From Chrysomallon squamiferum (lineage: Eukaryota; Animalia; Mollusca): a DNA stretch of 64,000 bases. Under the pieces are notes generated by a model that had not been told where the DNA came from, did not search any database, and saw nothing but the letters and a program-made list of their open reading frames with translations. Positions within the stretch are counted from its first letter, which is position 1; each line of letters starts with the position of its first letter. Position numbers and translations under genes: made by a program. Below are positions 43,651 through 56,941 of the stretch, piece after piece. The stretch is from contig CM022673.1 in assembly GCA_012295275.1 (NCBI GenBank), forward strand, positions 5,208,001-5,272,000, read 5' to 3'.

Positions 43651-45934
43651 TATCTAATACAAGCATAAAAATAAATTTATTTTCAGTCATTTGCATAAAC
43701 AATTTCACAGTTTGTGGAAATGGAATAAAATATATAAAATCCATGTCTTACTACATTCAGTATCTGAGGAGAAAATAACACCAAACTTTGATGCATACAT
43801 TCCAAAACACCACAGGATAAACACTTTGAACTATTCTGAACTAGTGATGACATCTCACCATGTGACCAATGATTGTAGAAAAACCAATAACAAAGATGCA
43901 TTAAACGTTAAAGTATTGCAGCAATGACATTATTGGTCTCAATCATCGTTTATCGAGGGGCTCTTTGACTGGTTCCAACAACTATATTAGTCGTGTTCAT
44001 CATCTGTATTGCAATTTATAAATGCATTAAGGCTTGATTATAGTTTACGGTACGGTACAGGCCTTTTGCAGGTCATGCAGTGAGCTTTGTCTAAACCATA
44101 GATCTCGCAGACTAATTTAAAAAAGATGGATTTATTTCTTTTGTTGCTGTTTTGTTATTGTTCTGTTTCCTCAGAAATTTTCTGTCAAAGACTGTACAGT
44201 TGTTTTCTGAATGTTAGGAATGAATACTAACAATGTAGTTAAGAATCCAAAAACAATGTATTGATGTTGTTTTCAGTTTGGTTCATGATTAAATAAAAAC
44301 TTATTAAAAAAAGAGAAAAATGTGAAGATTCTTTGTGTGTGAGCATATTAGTTAAAATAATAACAACAAACAAAAATAACAATAATAATAAAAATGATAT
44401 GTGCAATAACATTAATAATAACAATAATAATTATGTCTACTTAGGTATTACTTCATGTAACTCTTATCAGCAACTTATAACTGAGACAAAATTAATGAAA
44501 ATTGAAAAGCAAATCAGTTGTAAATCTCACAGAATTTTCATGAAATATCACTTTGACTCTTAACTCTCCTCCTTATCCATTTATCTTGTGTTTTAGGCAT
44601 CTCTTATAGAATAAATACCATGGTGGCATTGTTTATATCACAAAATGTTCTCCAAATAGACACCTACAGAATGACAATGTGAAAATAACTATTAAGGCAG
44701 CCAATTATTTATACCTATAGACATAAAAAAGAAGGAAAAAATAAATAGAAAATTACTATTTAAATAAAAAAGCAAAGAACAAAAACCTGACTCTATTAAC
44801 ACTTTTTTTTTCCATTCAAGTCCCACAACATTAACAACAGCATTAAACTGGGAAAGTCGTGCTAAATACACAGTTAAACTCGCAGTAACCTTTCGTCCAC
44901 ACAATGCTCCACTGCAAGGATGAAATTACTCTGCAGAACTCATTCAATAAAAATGAATGCATAATTCACGGTGCTCAAGCCTTCTTTGAACCGGTTATTA
45001 CCGTGGTTAATGTCATTTAAACTTGGTTTATCAGTTGTTCCAGGACTAATTGAAACTCTCGTGTACCTGGAGAAGTGCGAGCGACTTTCCTCTGTGTGGC
45101 CAATAATACACACAGAAATCCTCCCCCCCTCCCCAAAATAGCTCACTGCTGAAAATGAATTTCACAGTTGTTGCCTGACTGATGAGCTGTAGCACATGAT
45201 TAATTCACAGAACAAAGAGATCCAGGACAAGATAGGAGCTAATTTTAGCTGGTCATCAAAAACCAACATTCCACTGAAGAAAATACTAATTTCTAAAAAA
45301 AAAAAAAAAAAAAAAAAAATGTTTCCTTCTTTAGAATGCTTTATGGTTATGACAGAAAATAAGCTGGGATAATATAAATGTGTAAATTTGATGGTTGTTT
45401 CAGTTACATCATTTAAATATATATATATATATATATATATTATCTCCCATAATTTATAAATTTTATGGCAGTTTCAATTTTGTGGTTTCATTTTGTAAAA
45501 CATTTTTTATAAGATAAATTCTCAAAATGGTATTGTTCATCTGAATGAATACATGTAATCAAAAACACAACATAATATTATTTACCCATTGCAAATCTTT
45601 TTGTTATCCTCTTCATTATTATTATCATCAATATTATCACCATCCTCTTTATTATCATCTCATTATCATCATCTTCATCTGTATTATTATTATTATTATT
45701 ATAAATTACAATGAAATCCTGTGATCCTGGATGGGTATGACTCAGATAAAGAGTGCATTAACGAATGTCCAAGTTGATTAGTGACATAGCCTGAAACGAG
45801 AGACTCTGTAATTGGTGATCTGAATGCAATCACGATTCTGAGGACCTGTCACAGAAAATGCTTTCCATGTCACATTTATTACAATTGTCAAAACCTCAAC
45901 CGTACTGTTAAATGAACTCTTTATAAATAAAATA

Positions 45935-45966
<32 letters not shown>

Positions 45967-48584
45967 TTTATAAAAATAAATAAAATAAATAAAATAAAAT
46001 AAAATAAAATAAAATAAAATAAATATAATTTAAAAAAAATATAATAATAATAAAATAAAATAAAATAAGCAAATAAACAAATAAATAAAATTTAAAAATA
46101 AAATAAAATAATATTAAAATAAGTAAATAAAGAAAAAAAGAAGTATATTTATTACTGACATTTTTTAAAAACTATATGTGATACTTTTTTGAGGAAGATA
46201 ATTGGAAGTGATGGTAATAGCTTTATAGACAGAGCAGCTTTATGTAAATTTAGTTTTGTTGTTATTATTGTCATATTTTAAATATAATGATCAATTTCAC
46301 TGGGGATAATATAACACAATTCTCAATATACACTTATTTTTTTTCCCCTTTTTTTTTATTTTTCTATATTTTCTTTTTTATCTGGGGATATTTTTTTTTT
46401 CTTTTTTCTTTTTTTTTTTTTACAAGGGAATTAAAAAATCAAATGAAAAATTATACACTCAATATTTGATTAATTTGTTATATAATGCAGCATTAATATA
46501 ATCGTCTTCATTATCGTCATTATCTATCATCTTCATAATAATCATGGAAATGTTGGTACGACAAGCAAAAATAACAGATATGATTAATCAAATTTATTAA
46601 CTTAAAAAAAAAAAATAGAAAAAATAATTTTGATTAACAACATTCATCAGCCAATATTTATTAGCTGCATTTACAGAGTCTGCTCCAAACAACTAAGATA
46701 CAAATGAGATGCAGAGACAAACAGAATGAACAGTTACACTAACGAAATTAAAAAAAAATAAAAGAGCAAAAAAGGGGATAAACTGTTTAACAACATTTCA
46801 TTCAGATACACAATCTTATCAGCTGCAGTTAGCTGGTGTCAAAATTACAGTAGAAGCATTCACAGTGGTAAGCAGTGATGTTTTACATACTTGGTCAGGA
46901 AATCACGTTGACTTGTAGGCGAGTAATGCAGCACTGGCTGAATGCAGAAATACAAGAAAGTCAATTGTAAAAGAGAGATGGTGGGGAATGGCTAGAACAC
47001 ATCGCTAGAATACACTGGGATTGTTGAGTTGTAATAAGCAGCATGTTTATTGAGTACACTGACAAAACAGATTGGCTTTCGGTTCAAGCTGGTGCACATG
47101 TAACAGTGAAAATTGAATTGATGGATTAAATAATTGAACAAAAACTCAATAAGAAAGTACAGAATTTGCTTGGATAATGTTAAAAGGTGTTCGGCAGATT
47201 GGTTAGAGACAAAGGTTTCACAAAGTGGTAAGAATATTTAGATTTTTAAAATTTATTTATTTTTATTTGTTTAGAAATAGAAGAAATGTATTAGAGACCG
47301 ATATTTTAGGAAAATGATTATTAATTAAATGAATGAAAACTGCTTGAGAAAAATATATTTAATAGATTAATTGTGTTGAAAAAAAAAGACATTTTTCAGT
47401 GATGATTAATATTTTGTTTTATTTATGTAAAGATCAGTGAGTTCAGCTAGTTACTCACACTATCTGATCAGAATAAATCTGGTTACAACACTTTCTTTGA
47501 CTACGTATGTTTTAGGAATAGAATAAACAGTAAGTTTATCAGTATTTTGATTTAAATACAACTTTAACTGAAGAAGGTTTTTTTTTTTCATGCAACATTC
47601 ATTTTACTTTCCTGCTTCGCCTGTCAGGTTTTCCAGTCATACTAAACAATAAAAAAAAAATATAAATAAAATTAAATTAAAAAGATATTAAAATAAACTT
47701 TAAAAAAGAATATCATTAAAAAATGAAATAAGTAAAAAAAAAAAAAAATAATAATAATAATAATAATACTAAAAATAAAAAAAAATCATTGAATCAGTTT
47801 ACTACTACTACTAACTAAAACTATAATTAATATCAATAAAGGAAGGAAAAAAATATTTTTATTGTTTTTATCTATGGGTCTTTATTTCTTCCGTACCTAA
47901 TTAAACTTACTAAAACTTCTCCCTTGTCTGAATAATTATACCAGTATGTATTTGCAATGGGAGTTAATTCTGTATCTGTGTAGATAATACTCACATTATC
48001 AGATAATCACTGGCAATTATAACCTACCATGCTGTGAAATGTCTCACGTGGAAAGTATTAATGAACACACGGGTTAATTAGCAATATGGCCTGAAACTGC
48101 AGACTCCGTAATTGCTCACCTGATCTCACCGACAATCATTACTTTGGTTATTGCTTTACATTTCACATTTACTAGAGGTGGTAAAATCAATCGGCCACCT
48201 TAACTGCACAGTCAGACAATTTAAAACAGGTTAAAGGAACATTCAGGGGATCAAGAAATGTTTTTGCTACAGGTGATAGATGACCAACCAGATTTTAGAA
48301 AAATTAAAGATTATTCGTAGGGGAATGTTCTTATTGTTGGGTTGGTTTTTTTTAAATATATTTATGACTGTGTATATAAAAAAAATTGATGTCTATAACA
48401 AGAATCTTGTCAGTCCAAAGCAGTTAAACTAAATGCCATTGAATTGTCAGCAAAAGATGGATTTACAGTAACACCACTGAAATATCCAAGAGATTAAAAA
48501 TGGGATGCAAAGTTCCATAAAAACCATCTGCTGTCAAAGAATTCAGATTTTCAGGACTAATATTTATTATATTTTTATTTCCAT

Positions 48585-48762
48585 TTTGTTAACAGATATT
48601 TCTATTCTTGTTACTGATTATTTCCATATTTTCATTATTTTCATTCTGTTAAGTTATTTCCATTATTGTTAGTAAATGTTACCATTTATTTTCAGTCTGT
48701 TAACAGTTATTTCCATTCTGTTGACTGTTATTTCTAAAATCTTAACTGTTATTTCCATTTAG
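48585..48762. repeat. Short (~20-22 bp) degenerate tandem repeat
   Basis: Recurrent TGTTAACAGTTATTTCCATT-like unit. Confidence 0.7.
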
Positions 48763-49509
48763 CTGATATAAAATAAAAGTTGGTCTGTTGTTAAGAATAT
48801 TTTAGATCAGAAATAAGACAGAAATAATAAGCAAACATTCACCAGCTATAAAAAAAAATATCCATGTCTTGTTAGAGATCAGCTGTTGTAACTGTATGTA
48901 GCCTGACATTCAGTGGTTTATGAGCTTTTATCCATTATAATGATTTGCAGACTTTTTAAAAAATTCTTTAAACACCCTACAACTAAACTATTTAAAATTT
49001 TGATATTTATCAATTACTTAAACAGTTTACATGAAGTAACAGCTGTGAATTCTATTTTGTTTTTATTTTGTTTTTTTTTTTTTTTTTGTTTTTGTTTATT
49101 AGCTATTATTAAATAATATTATAATTACTTTTTGCTAATAGGAAGAACAAAAAAAAAAAAAATAAACCTCACAAAAAGGATACAATAAAATTTCTTTTTT
49201 TTTCTAAATCTTGAAAGAAAGTTACATCTTAAGTATTTTATTAAGAAAATTTATTTTTTCACTATATTAACCAAAAAGGAATTATGAAAAAACACATGTT
49301 GATTGATTTGAATAAACAGTAACACAGAAACAATTTGCTCAGATTTTTTTTTGCTATACTACCATTTTAAAACATTTCAACAGCATTTTTTGAAAGTGCT
49401 AGTAGAGAAAAGATTAATGACAAAAGTTACTGTGCTATTAATTAAGATAGTTCTGTTTTATTTTCAGATATTGATGAGTCCAATGAGAAAACAGTGAACA
49501 GGATCTCAC

Positions 49510-50400
49510 ATGTATGTTCCAGGTTATCTGCCAAGTACAATGGCAACTGAGAGCTCAAAGAACTTTATTGGTGGCTTCAAACCAGAAGTTGACTCCACGA
49601 CATCAACATCCATCTATGTGACTTGGCAAGTAGAGGACTTTGTGGGTCCTTTCATTAATGCATTTCAAGTCCACTACCAGAAAGTGGCAAGCAGTTATGT
49701 TCAGTACAGCAATCTCCTTGAAGCCACAGACAACAGTTACAATATTCAGAATCTGGTTGCGGACACTTACTACAAAGTGTGTGTTGTTATGTATCGTAAC
49801 GATACCAGCAATGTGATCCGCCAGTGTATTGATGCCAACACTAACAGTTGGCACATTCCTGTGTCTATCGGAAGCAGCATTGGTGCAGTTTTGGCCCTGT
49901 CTATCATCGTGTTCATAGTGCTGTTGTCACGATGCCCATCACTCATTCATTCCCAGCGTCAAGTGACGTCAGAATCGAGCAAGTACGACAGCATGTCTTC
50001 ACACTATCCCGAAGACCACCACGAATTCAGCGATGCAGTGCAGTGTCAGGCCATGGATCAAACCAGTGACTCTTTTTCTGAACACCACACGCAGAGAGAC
50101 GATGGACTGACATCGGGTTCGATGTCCCCGCTGACAGAGCATGTCAAGCAGGGTCCAGGAAGGATGTGCAATGGGAACAGGAATGTTGTCTTGCAGGCTG
50201 GGCATCGGACTCGTTTGCACAATGAACGTATGGCTGCTTATGCTCACCGGTCTCGCCCGTACCACCAGTCGTTAATACTGGAGCGATCTCGGCCTGCAAT
50301 GCTTTTGCATACAAGTTCCTTGGATGAGCGTCAGCCTCCTGTTTTGTTTCATACCACTTCAATGGATGAGCCAACAAGGCTGAAGGATTACCCTGTATGA
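49510..50400 (+). CDS. Single-pass membrane protein with one fibronectin type III domain (FNDC9/LRRN4CL-like architecture), 296 aa (286 aa from ATG 49540)
   Basis: 891-nt ORF with higher GC. FN3 hallmarks: TSTSIYVTW, FQVHYQ, YNIQNLVADTYYKVCV..C. Hydrophobic segment IGSSIGAVLALSIIVFIVLL, N-glycan sequon NDT, C-terminus DYPV. Strong acceptor ttttattttcAG at 49466-49467, but an in-frame TGA at 49495 makes the exon start UTR. Confidence 0.9.
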   Translation: MYVPGYLPSTMATESSKNFIGGFKPEVDSTTSTSIYVTWQVEDFVGPFINAFQVHYQKVASSYVQYSNLLEATDNSYNIQNLVADTYYKVCVVMYRNDTSNVIRQCIDANTNSWHIPVSIGSSIGAVLALSIIVFIVLLSRCPSLIHSQRQVTSESSKYDSMSSHYPEDHHEFSDAVQCQAMDQTSDSFSEHHTQRDDGLTSGSMSPLTEHVKQGPGRMCNGNRNVVLQAGHRTRLHNERMAAYAHRSRPYHQSLILERSRPAMLLHTSSLDERQPPVLFHTTSMDEPTRLKDYPV

Positions 50401-53400
50401 ACACTGGTTTCTTGTCTTTGCGGAGATGAACATAAAAGGATACAATTAGCAGGATCTGGTTGGCAGCTGATGTTTAGAAATATGGTTGTAGAATGTGAAT
50501 GTTGTTCTAACTGGATATTTACTGTGGATTTTGACAGTTGTTGAAAAAAAAGGTGTGTTAAAAGAAAATGGAAAAAATAAATATACTAATGCAGTATGTT
50601 TAGTAACAAAAGTGTCTTTGAGCACAAATATCCATGTCTGTTAACAGTGAAATATGATTTATTTTCTTAATTTTTCAAATATATTATTTTCATAACTATT
50701 TTTTATGTGAAACTAAATGTTTATAAACATGCAGTGCATTACCTCTGTTCAAAAACTGTTTGCTCTTTATTATGGAAGAATTTGTCAATTCATTCTTCAT
50801 AAATTCACTTTACATTTCTCTATTATCATTAACCAATCAACATTTTAATTAAGTTATAAAATGATTTCAAATGCATATTTAATGTAAAAATTGTCTAATC
50901 TTTGTCCAAAGTTTCAAACATTTTACAGACATGTTACTTAATATTAACATGACAATGTCAACCTCCCTACAAAAAATAAATAAAAATAAAAAAACCCACA
51001 AACAAACCTAACAGTATTAAATAAATATTACAGTAACTCCAATTATTTGTGCAATACAGATGTGATTCTGCAGAATGTATTGAAGCAATATTTCAATTTG
51101 TTTTTATATTTCTTGATTTCATGAGGAAACTTTCAACTTTCTTAAATCCAGCTCAATAAATAAGTAAATAAATAAGTATTATGAAGATGACAAATAAACT
51201 GGCTCTTTCATCCTTCTTTCCTACTGCTCCCCTACCCCAACAAAAAAGAGAGAACTGATCACTTTTACACTATAGCCTACAAATAATATTTATGTTCAAG
51301 GAAACGTTATCTTAAAATCATTTTTGGTTTGTTTAATAACTTCTCTTCATTAAAATAATGAAGTAGTCTGTTGTGATTTTTTATCTGATATAATGTAGCC
51401 AATAAAGATCTTTTTATGAAAATACCACGAATTAGTGATTAATAAATACATATAAAAAATTATTCACTTTTTAGCCATCTTATACTGACATGTAATGTAC
51501 ATGCTGTGAATATACGTTGGTATATATATATAAAAAAAAAATCCGCTAAGCCTAAATACCTTGTAAAAATTACAATTTCTGCTATCTGGTATGCCTGTTT
51601 GATTAACAATTTATAAATAAAACATTATTAAACAATGTAAAAATTAAATTTTTTGGAAATTCATTCTTTTATTTAGAATAAAACACTACCAATCACAATT
51701 CTGGAAACAAGTATATTATTATTATTATATTCCATTAATGTTACAAAAAAGAAAATTTTAATGAGTTTATTTTATCATAATACTGTTTGTTTACTAATCA
51801 TGTGTGTGTGTAAATACATATTATATATATTTGTATATATTTGCTTTAATGATTTTACATGCTGTGATGATGATGAAGAAACAAATATTAGTTATGTATG
51901 AGATTATATTTGTATTTATGAGCAAAAAATGCAATCTCTAGTATTTGTTTCATCAGATTCAAAATGTTTCTTCTGAAATGATGCTTTTTTGTATTTTCTT
52001 ATTACATGTTATTCTGTGAACCTTTCAATTCATCTGTGTTTTCATGTGTGTTTTAATTCTAATAATGCATTAAAAAATTCCTAACTTTTTGCTCAAAGAC
52101 ACTGACAACACAATATTTTGTTGATGTGTTAAAAAAAAAAAAAAACATTTAACACTGTTCATTGATGTTCATAAAACCTTTCACTTCTGTAATTTAAAAA
52201 GAAAAAAAAAATTACTCTCTCATCACTGGTTTTTGTTTGTTTGGATTTTTTATTGTTTGTTTTTGTGTCAGAGTTAATTTAAAATAAGAGTAATGAGCAT
52301 TGAATTCAATAGGTTTAATGGTACATTTATTGTAAAAATTAATTTTACATCTCAGTTTGAAATTACCTACAAATTTGAATACAACCCAAACCAGCTTAAT
52401 TAAAACTGCCTAAGGTAACCTAGTAAAGTTCAGCATTAGAATACACTGGTATTGGTTCTTATCCATTTAATAAGAAACAACACCTAAACAGGAACTCAAA
52501 ACCAGATGAGATAATTTCAAATATAGTGTAGATTTGGAATATGGTTCCACCAAACTGATAATCAGGAAACCTAAAGTCTTTAATATCTAGTGATTAAGTG
52601 ATAAACCATATGATCTTTATTTTGTGATGTCTATTAAAGTAATGTAACGTAATAAAAAGTGTAAAACTTAAATCAGATTCTTAAACATTTATATAAAATT
52701 TATGTGTAGATAAATCTAAGACTAATATAGGATATGACAGGCTGCTGGGTGATACAACTTACAGGATTAGTATTATTAATAAATTTTTATGTAATTTTTG
52801 TCTTTAATCTATCAAAAGATTATGAATTTCTCAGTTACACCTTTTTTGATGAGAAGATTTAAAAAAACAACAACATTTAATTGTTTTATAATCTCCTTAT
52901 AGTTTCTAACACCCTTGTCTGTGCCATTTGTCCTTCAGTTAACTCTTACAGCCAAATGTCACAGACTGCACACATCCAAATGTCATCCCCTGATTACACA
53001 ACAAACTAAGATGTTAAATGTATATTCCATTTCCAGACAAATTACTGAACAAATCTGTGGTAAAACTGGCCAGTTTGACCAAGCGCTGCAGCTGCTGCAT
53101 TTGATGTTGGTGACACTTGGCTATGTGCCTAATGAAGTGGATGCACTCGCTACTGTGGCATGACTGGAAGTCTGCTACAGAACACAAGGATTATGCTGCA
53201 AGCGGAGACAAGAGCTATCCATCTTCATTTACTTCAGACTAGCCAGGATATCAAATTAGTACAGAGTGCCAACACACTGACTGTTTGTTTTGTAATAATA
53301 CATCAAACTACAGATGTCCTAGTTTTCTAATCCAAAGTGCTGACTTTACATCATAAGAAAATATTAAATTACAGATGAACAAAAACATGCGTGTGCACAC

Positions 53401-53403
53401 GCA

Positions 53404-53458
<55 letters not shown>

Positions 53459-53604
53459 TCACACTCACAGATTCACACTCATAAGAATTCTACTTTATTC
53501 ATACATACATACTGTAAAAACACACAAACAAACACAAAGTCAACTACAGTAGGTATATACAACTATCATTAGACAATATTTTAAAATTTTAATGTATTTT
53601 TGCT

Positions 53605-53655
<51 letters not shown>

Positions 53656-54006
53656 GATAGAAAATGAACTAAACTGAGAATCGGATAATTATCATATGAG
53701 AAAGGAATTCAGACAGAAAAAAGGAAGGGACAGAAAGAAGGAAATAGAGAGAGAGAGAAGAAGGGAAGAAAAAGAGACTTGCAAAAAATTGGACATAGAT
53801 GCTAAACTAGTTTTATAATTCTAGTATTAAAATTACTTCATTCAAAAGAAAAATAAATATTGTAAAGAACATTATAACAATCACATTCAAATAATTTACA
53901 CATGTACACAAGAAAGCAAATGTAATTTCTAAAGGGAAGTAAAAAACAACACACAAATAAATAAATATATGATAACAATGATGAGGATGATGATGATTAT
54001 GATGAA

Positions 54007-54067
<61 letters not shown>

Positions 54068-55029
54068 TAAAAATAAATATTAATTAAAGTAAAATAAGGC
54101 ACATTCAAAATACCCTTTGTAATTCAATTCAGTGTGAAATATGATACATTTTTCTTCCTGTTTCCTTTTTCCTTTTTGAAATGACCCTGAAGGGAAATCT
54201 GTTCCTGAGACATCAGGAAATTAAAATTTGATGTCAGTACCTAACCATTCTCTAAATCCTGGCCTTACTGAATATTAGACAGCAACTAGTCAAAGATCAA
54301 AATAATCAAATGTCAACAGATACCTGATTGCTTGCGTATATTATGGGATATAATAATATAAAATTCAGAAACCATGACAAAATATAATGTACCAGACATT
54401 TTTATAATCTTTTTTTATTTTAATATTATTTTGTTTATTTATTTTACAGTAGTATCTGATACTAATAACTGGTGATAATTTGGGTAAATATACTTCAAGA
54501 CATTTTCATTATTAGAATGATTATTAGAATTTAAACCTGAATTTTTATTTATTCTTAAATTTATTTTTATTTCTCTAGTGACTGCATTAAAACCTGCTGC
54601 TTCCAATCCATGGTTTATTCTTAGCAGAAATATAATTTTTTTTATTTCAACCTTTTCATAAACAGGAAAATATATACCTTTCATGAACTGGTTGGACTGA
54701 AAAAAAATAAAGTAAAAATAAATAACATATAATCAGATGCACTAAGAATGATTTAATCCAGTAAAATAGATTGTTTCCAACTACAAAAACAAGTAGTACA
54801 AAATGCATTTTACTATTACAACCACACTTTATACAAGTTATGGATTAACCTATTACAGAAATCAGAAACCAAGACAAAATCAATTTTTTATTGTGTGTAA
54901 AATCTGAAACTGGATTAATACATTCATTGCTTGTATGTGTTCAGATATAGATAGAAATACAAAAAGGATTATCATGTGGATTTAGTAAACATAGCATCAT
55001 GAAAATACAGTAAATATATATTATATTCT

Positions 55030-55163
55030 CAGGTTCTGTTACCATGGAAACACACACACACACTCACACTCACACAGTCAGAATATCACGTATAACCATA
55101 TTATAGTAAAAGCATACTTATAAATATAATACTAAAGGACTAACAGCTTAACAAAATAATAAG

Positions 55164-55224
<61 letters not shown>

Positions 55225-55273
55225 GAAATAAAATCAATAATAACAAAAACAAAATAATGCTAAGATATATATA

Positions 55274-55325
<52 letters not shown>

Positions 55326-55348
55326 TGTTTCCATGGTAACAAAACCTG
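55030..55348. repeat. Inverted repeat (23/24-bp arms extended by CA/TG tracts) around an (AT)n core; MITE-like or fold-back
   Basis: CAGGTTCTGTTACCATGGAAACAC at 55030 versus GTGTTTCCATGGTAACAAAACCTG ending at 55348. Confidence 0.85.
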
Positions 55349-56325
55349 TTTATACTTCAAATGTAGCCATTATGTGTGCCAGAAACAATTAATGACAATA
55401 TGTCAGGTTAGAAAATAATATAATTACCTATAGTGGTTTAATGGCATGGAGAAAAAGTAATAATAAATAAGAAAACACATAAAAACTGGACCAGAAAATT
55501 AAACAAAACTAATTAATGAAATAGTCAGAGTCAAAGAAAGAAAGAAGAAAGGAAACAGTACATTTCCAAATGACTAATTTTAATAAGGTTAGCATCAACC
55601 TGTTGCAAAGAAACATCAGAAGAATAAAACCACAAAATAATGAGAGTATAAATGAAAAAAAAAGTCAAACTGGTAAATAACTAACTTTTATGTGTGATAT
55701 AAAATAAACAAAATTCAGTTACTTGTTTTAATAAACAATGCAAATATCAGATAAAAAAAAAAAGGAAAAAAAAAAAAAAAAGGAAAAAAGGGAAAAAGAA
55801 AAAGGAAATCATTTAAAAAAGTTAAAATTAAATTAAAGATAAAAGAAGAACATCCTGATTTAATAAAAACATTCTGCCTTCCTTAAATTACTGTATTAAA
55901 AAATAACATTACTACAGATTTGGGAAAAAAAAAAAAAAAAAAAATTAATTAAAAATGCACCAAAAAACCATTTTTTCCTGAAAGTTTGGCAATAATAAGT
56001 AATGCTAATGGTTTTCAATTTCAGCAGATAGTACAAATATATAAACTCAAGTATATAGTGTACATTTATGGCTAATTAAATATCCTTACACATTTAATCA
56101 ATAACAGCTCAGTACAAATTTAATATTTTCAGTCTTTTACTTCACCATCATCTTGGTGTTCACGTTTTTGGTGCAGAATATAAAAAAAGATCATATTTTG
56201 TCATTTCCTTTAGTACATGCATGACTAAATTTATAAGCATATGCTAAATATTTGAAAAAGTGTGTGTACATGTGTGTGTATGTGTGTTTGTCCATTGTGA
56301 GAGGTATACCGAGAGAGAAAGAGAG

Positions 56326-56384
<59 letters not shown>

Positions 56385-56906
56385 CGAGCGAGTGAACATA
56401 GGTTATAGAATATCAACTAGAATGAGAAAAAGTTAACACCGTGGAATGAAGGAGAATCAATCCTCCACATCTCAAACTAATAATACAATCATTTAGCTAC
56501 AGCCATTAAACAATAAATTATATTTTACATACATACTGTAACATACAATGTTAAAAACAAGATTACAATAATAATAATAATCTAGAAATCCATTTTGAGC
56601 ATCTTAAAATGAGATACTAAAGATAAAAGGCATGAATAAAAAATAAAATGAACAAACACACAAACACTGCTCACATAAAAACTATGTAACAATACACTGA
56701 AAAAAATGCAAGTGCTTTAAGACTACTATTCAACAAAGAAGACATTAGACACAATTATGAAGTAAAACAGTAAGTAAATAAGTTGTTTTAGTTTAAAACA
56801 ACTATGTAAGGAATTAAAAGTTCTTTGAAATGTCAGAAAAACTTATTTAATTCCTAACAGTATGGACAATTTAAAAAAAAAAAAAAAAATATATATAAAA
56901 TATTAA

Positions 56907-56941
<35 letters not shown>

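Noticed and set aside
49603-50404. Overlapping and antisense ORFs within the FN3 CDS (also 62721-62909 over TRIT1)
   Set aside because: Shadow ORFs of real coding sequence with no independent features.
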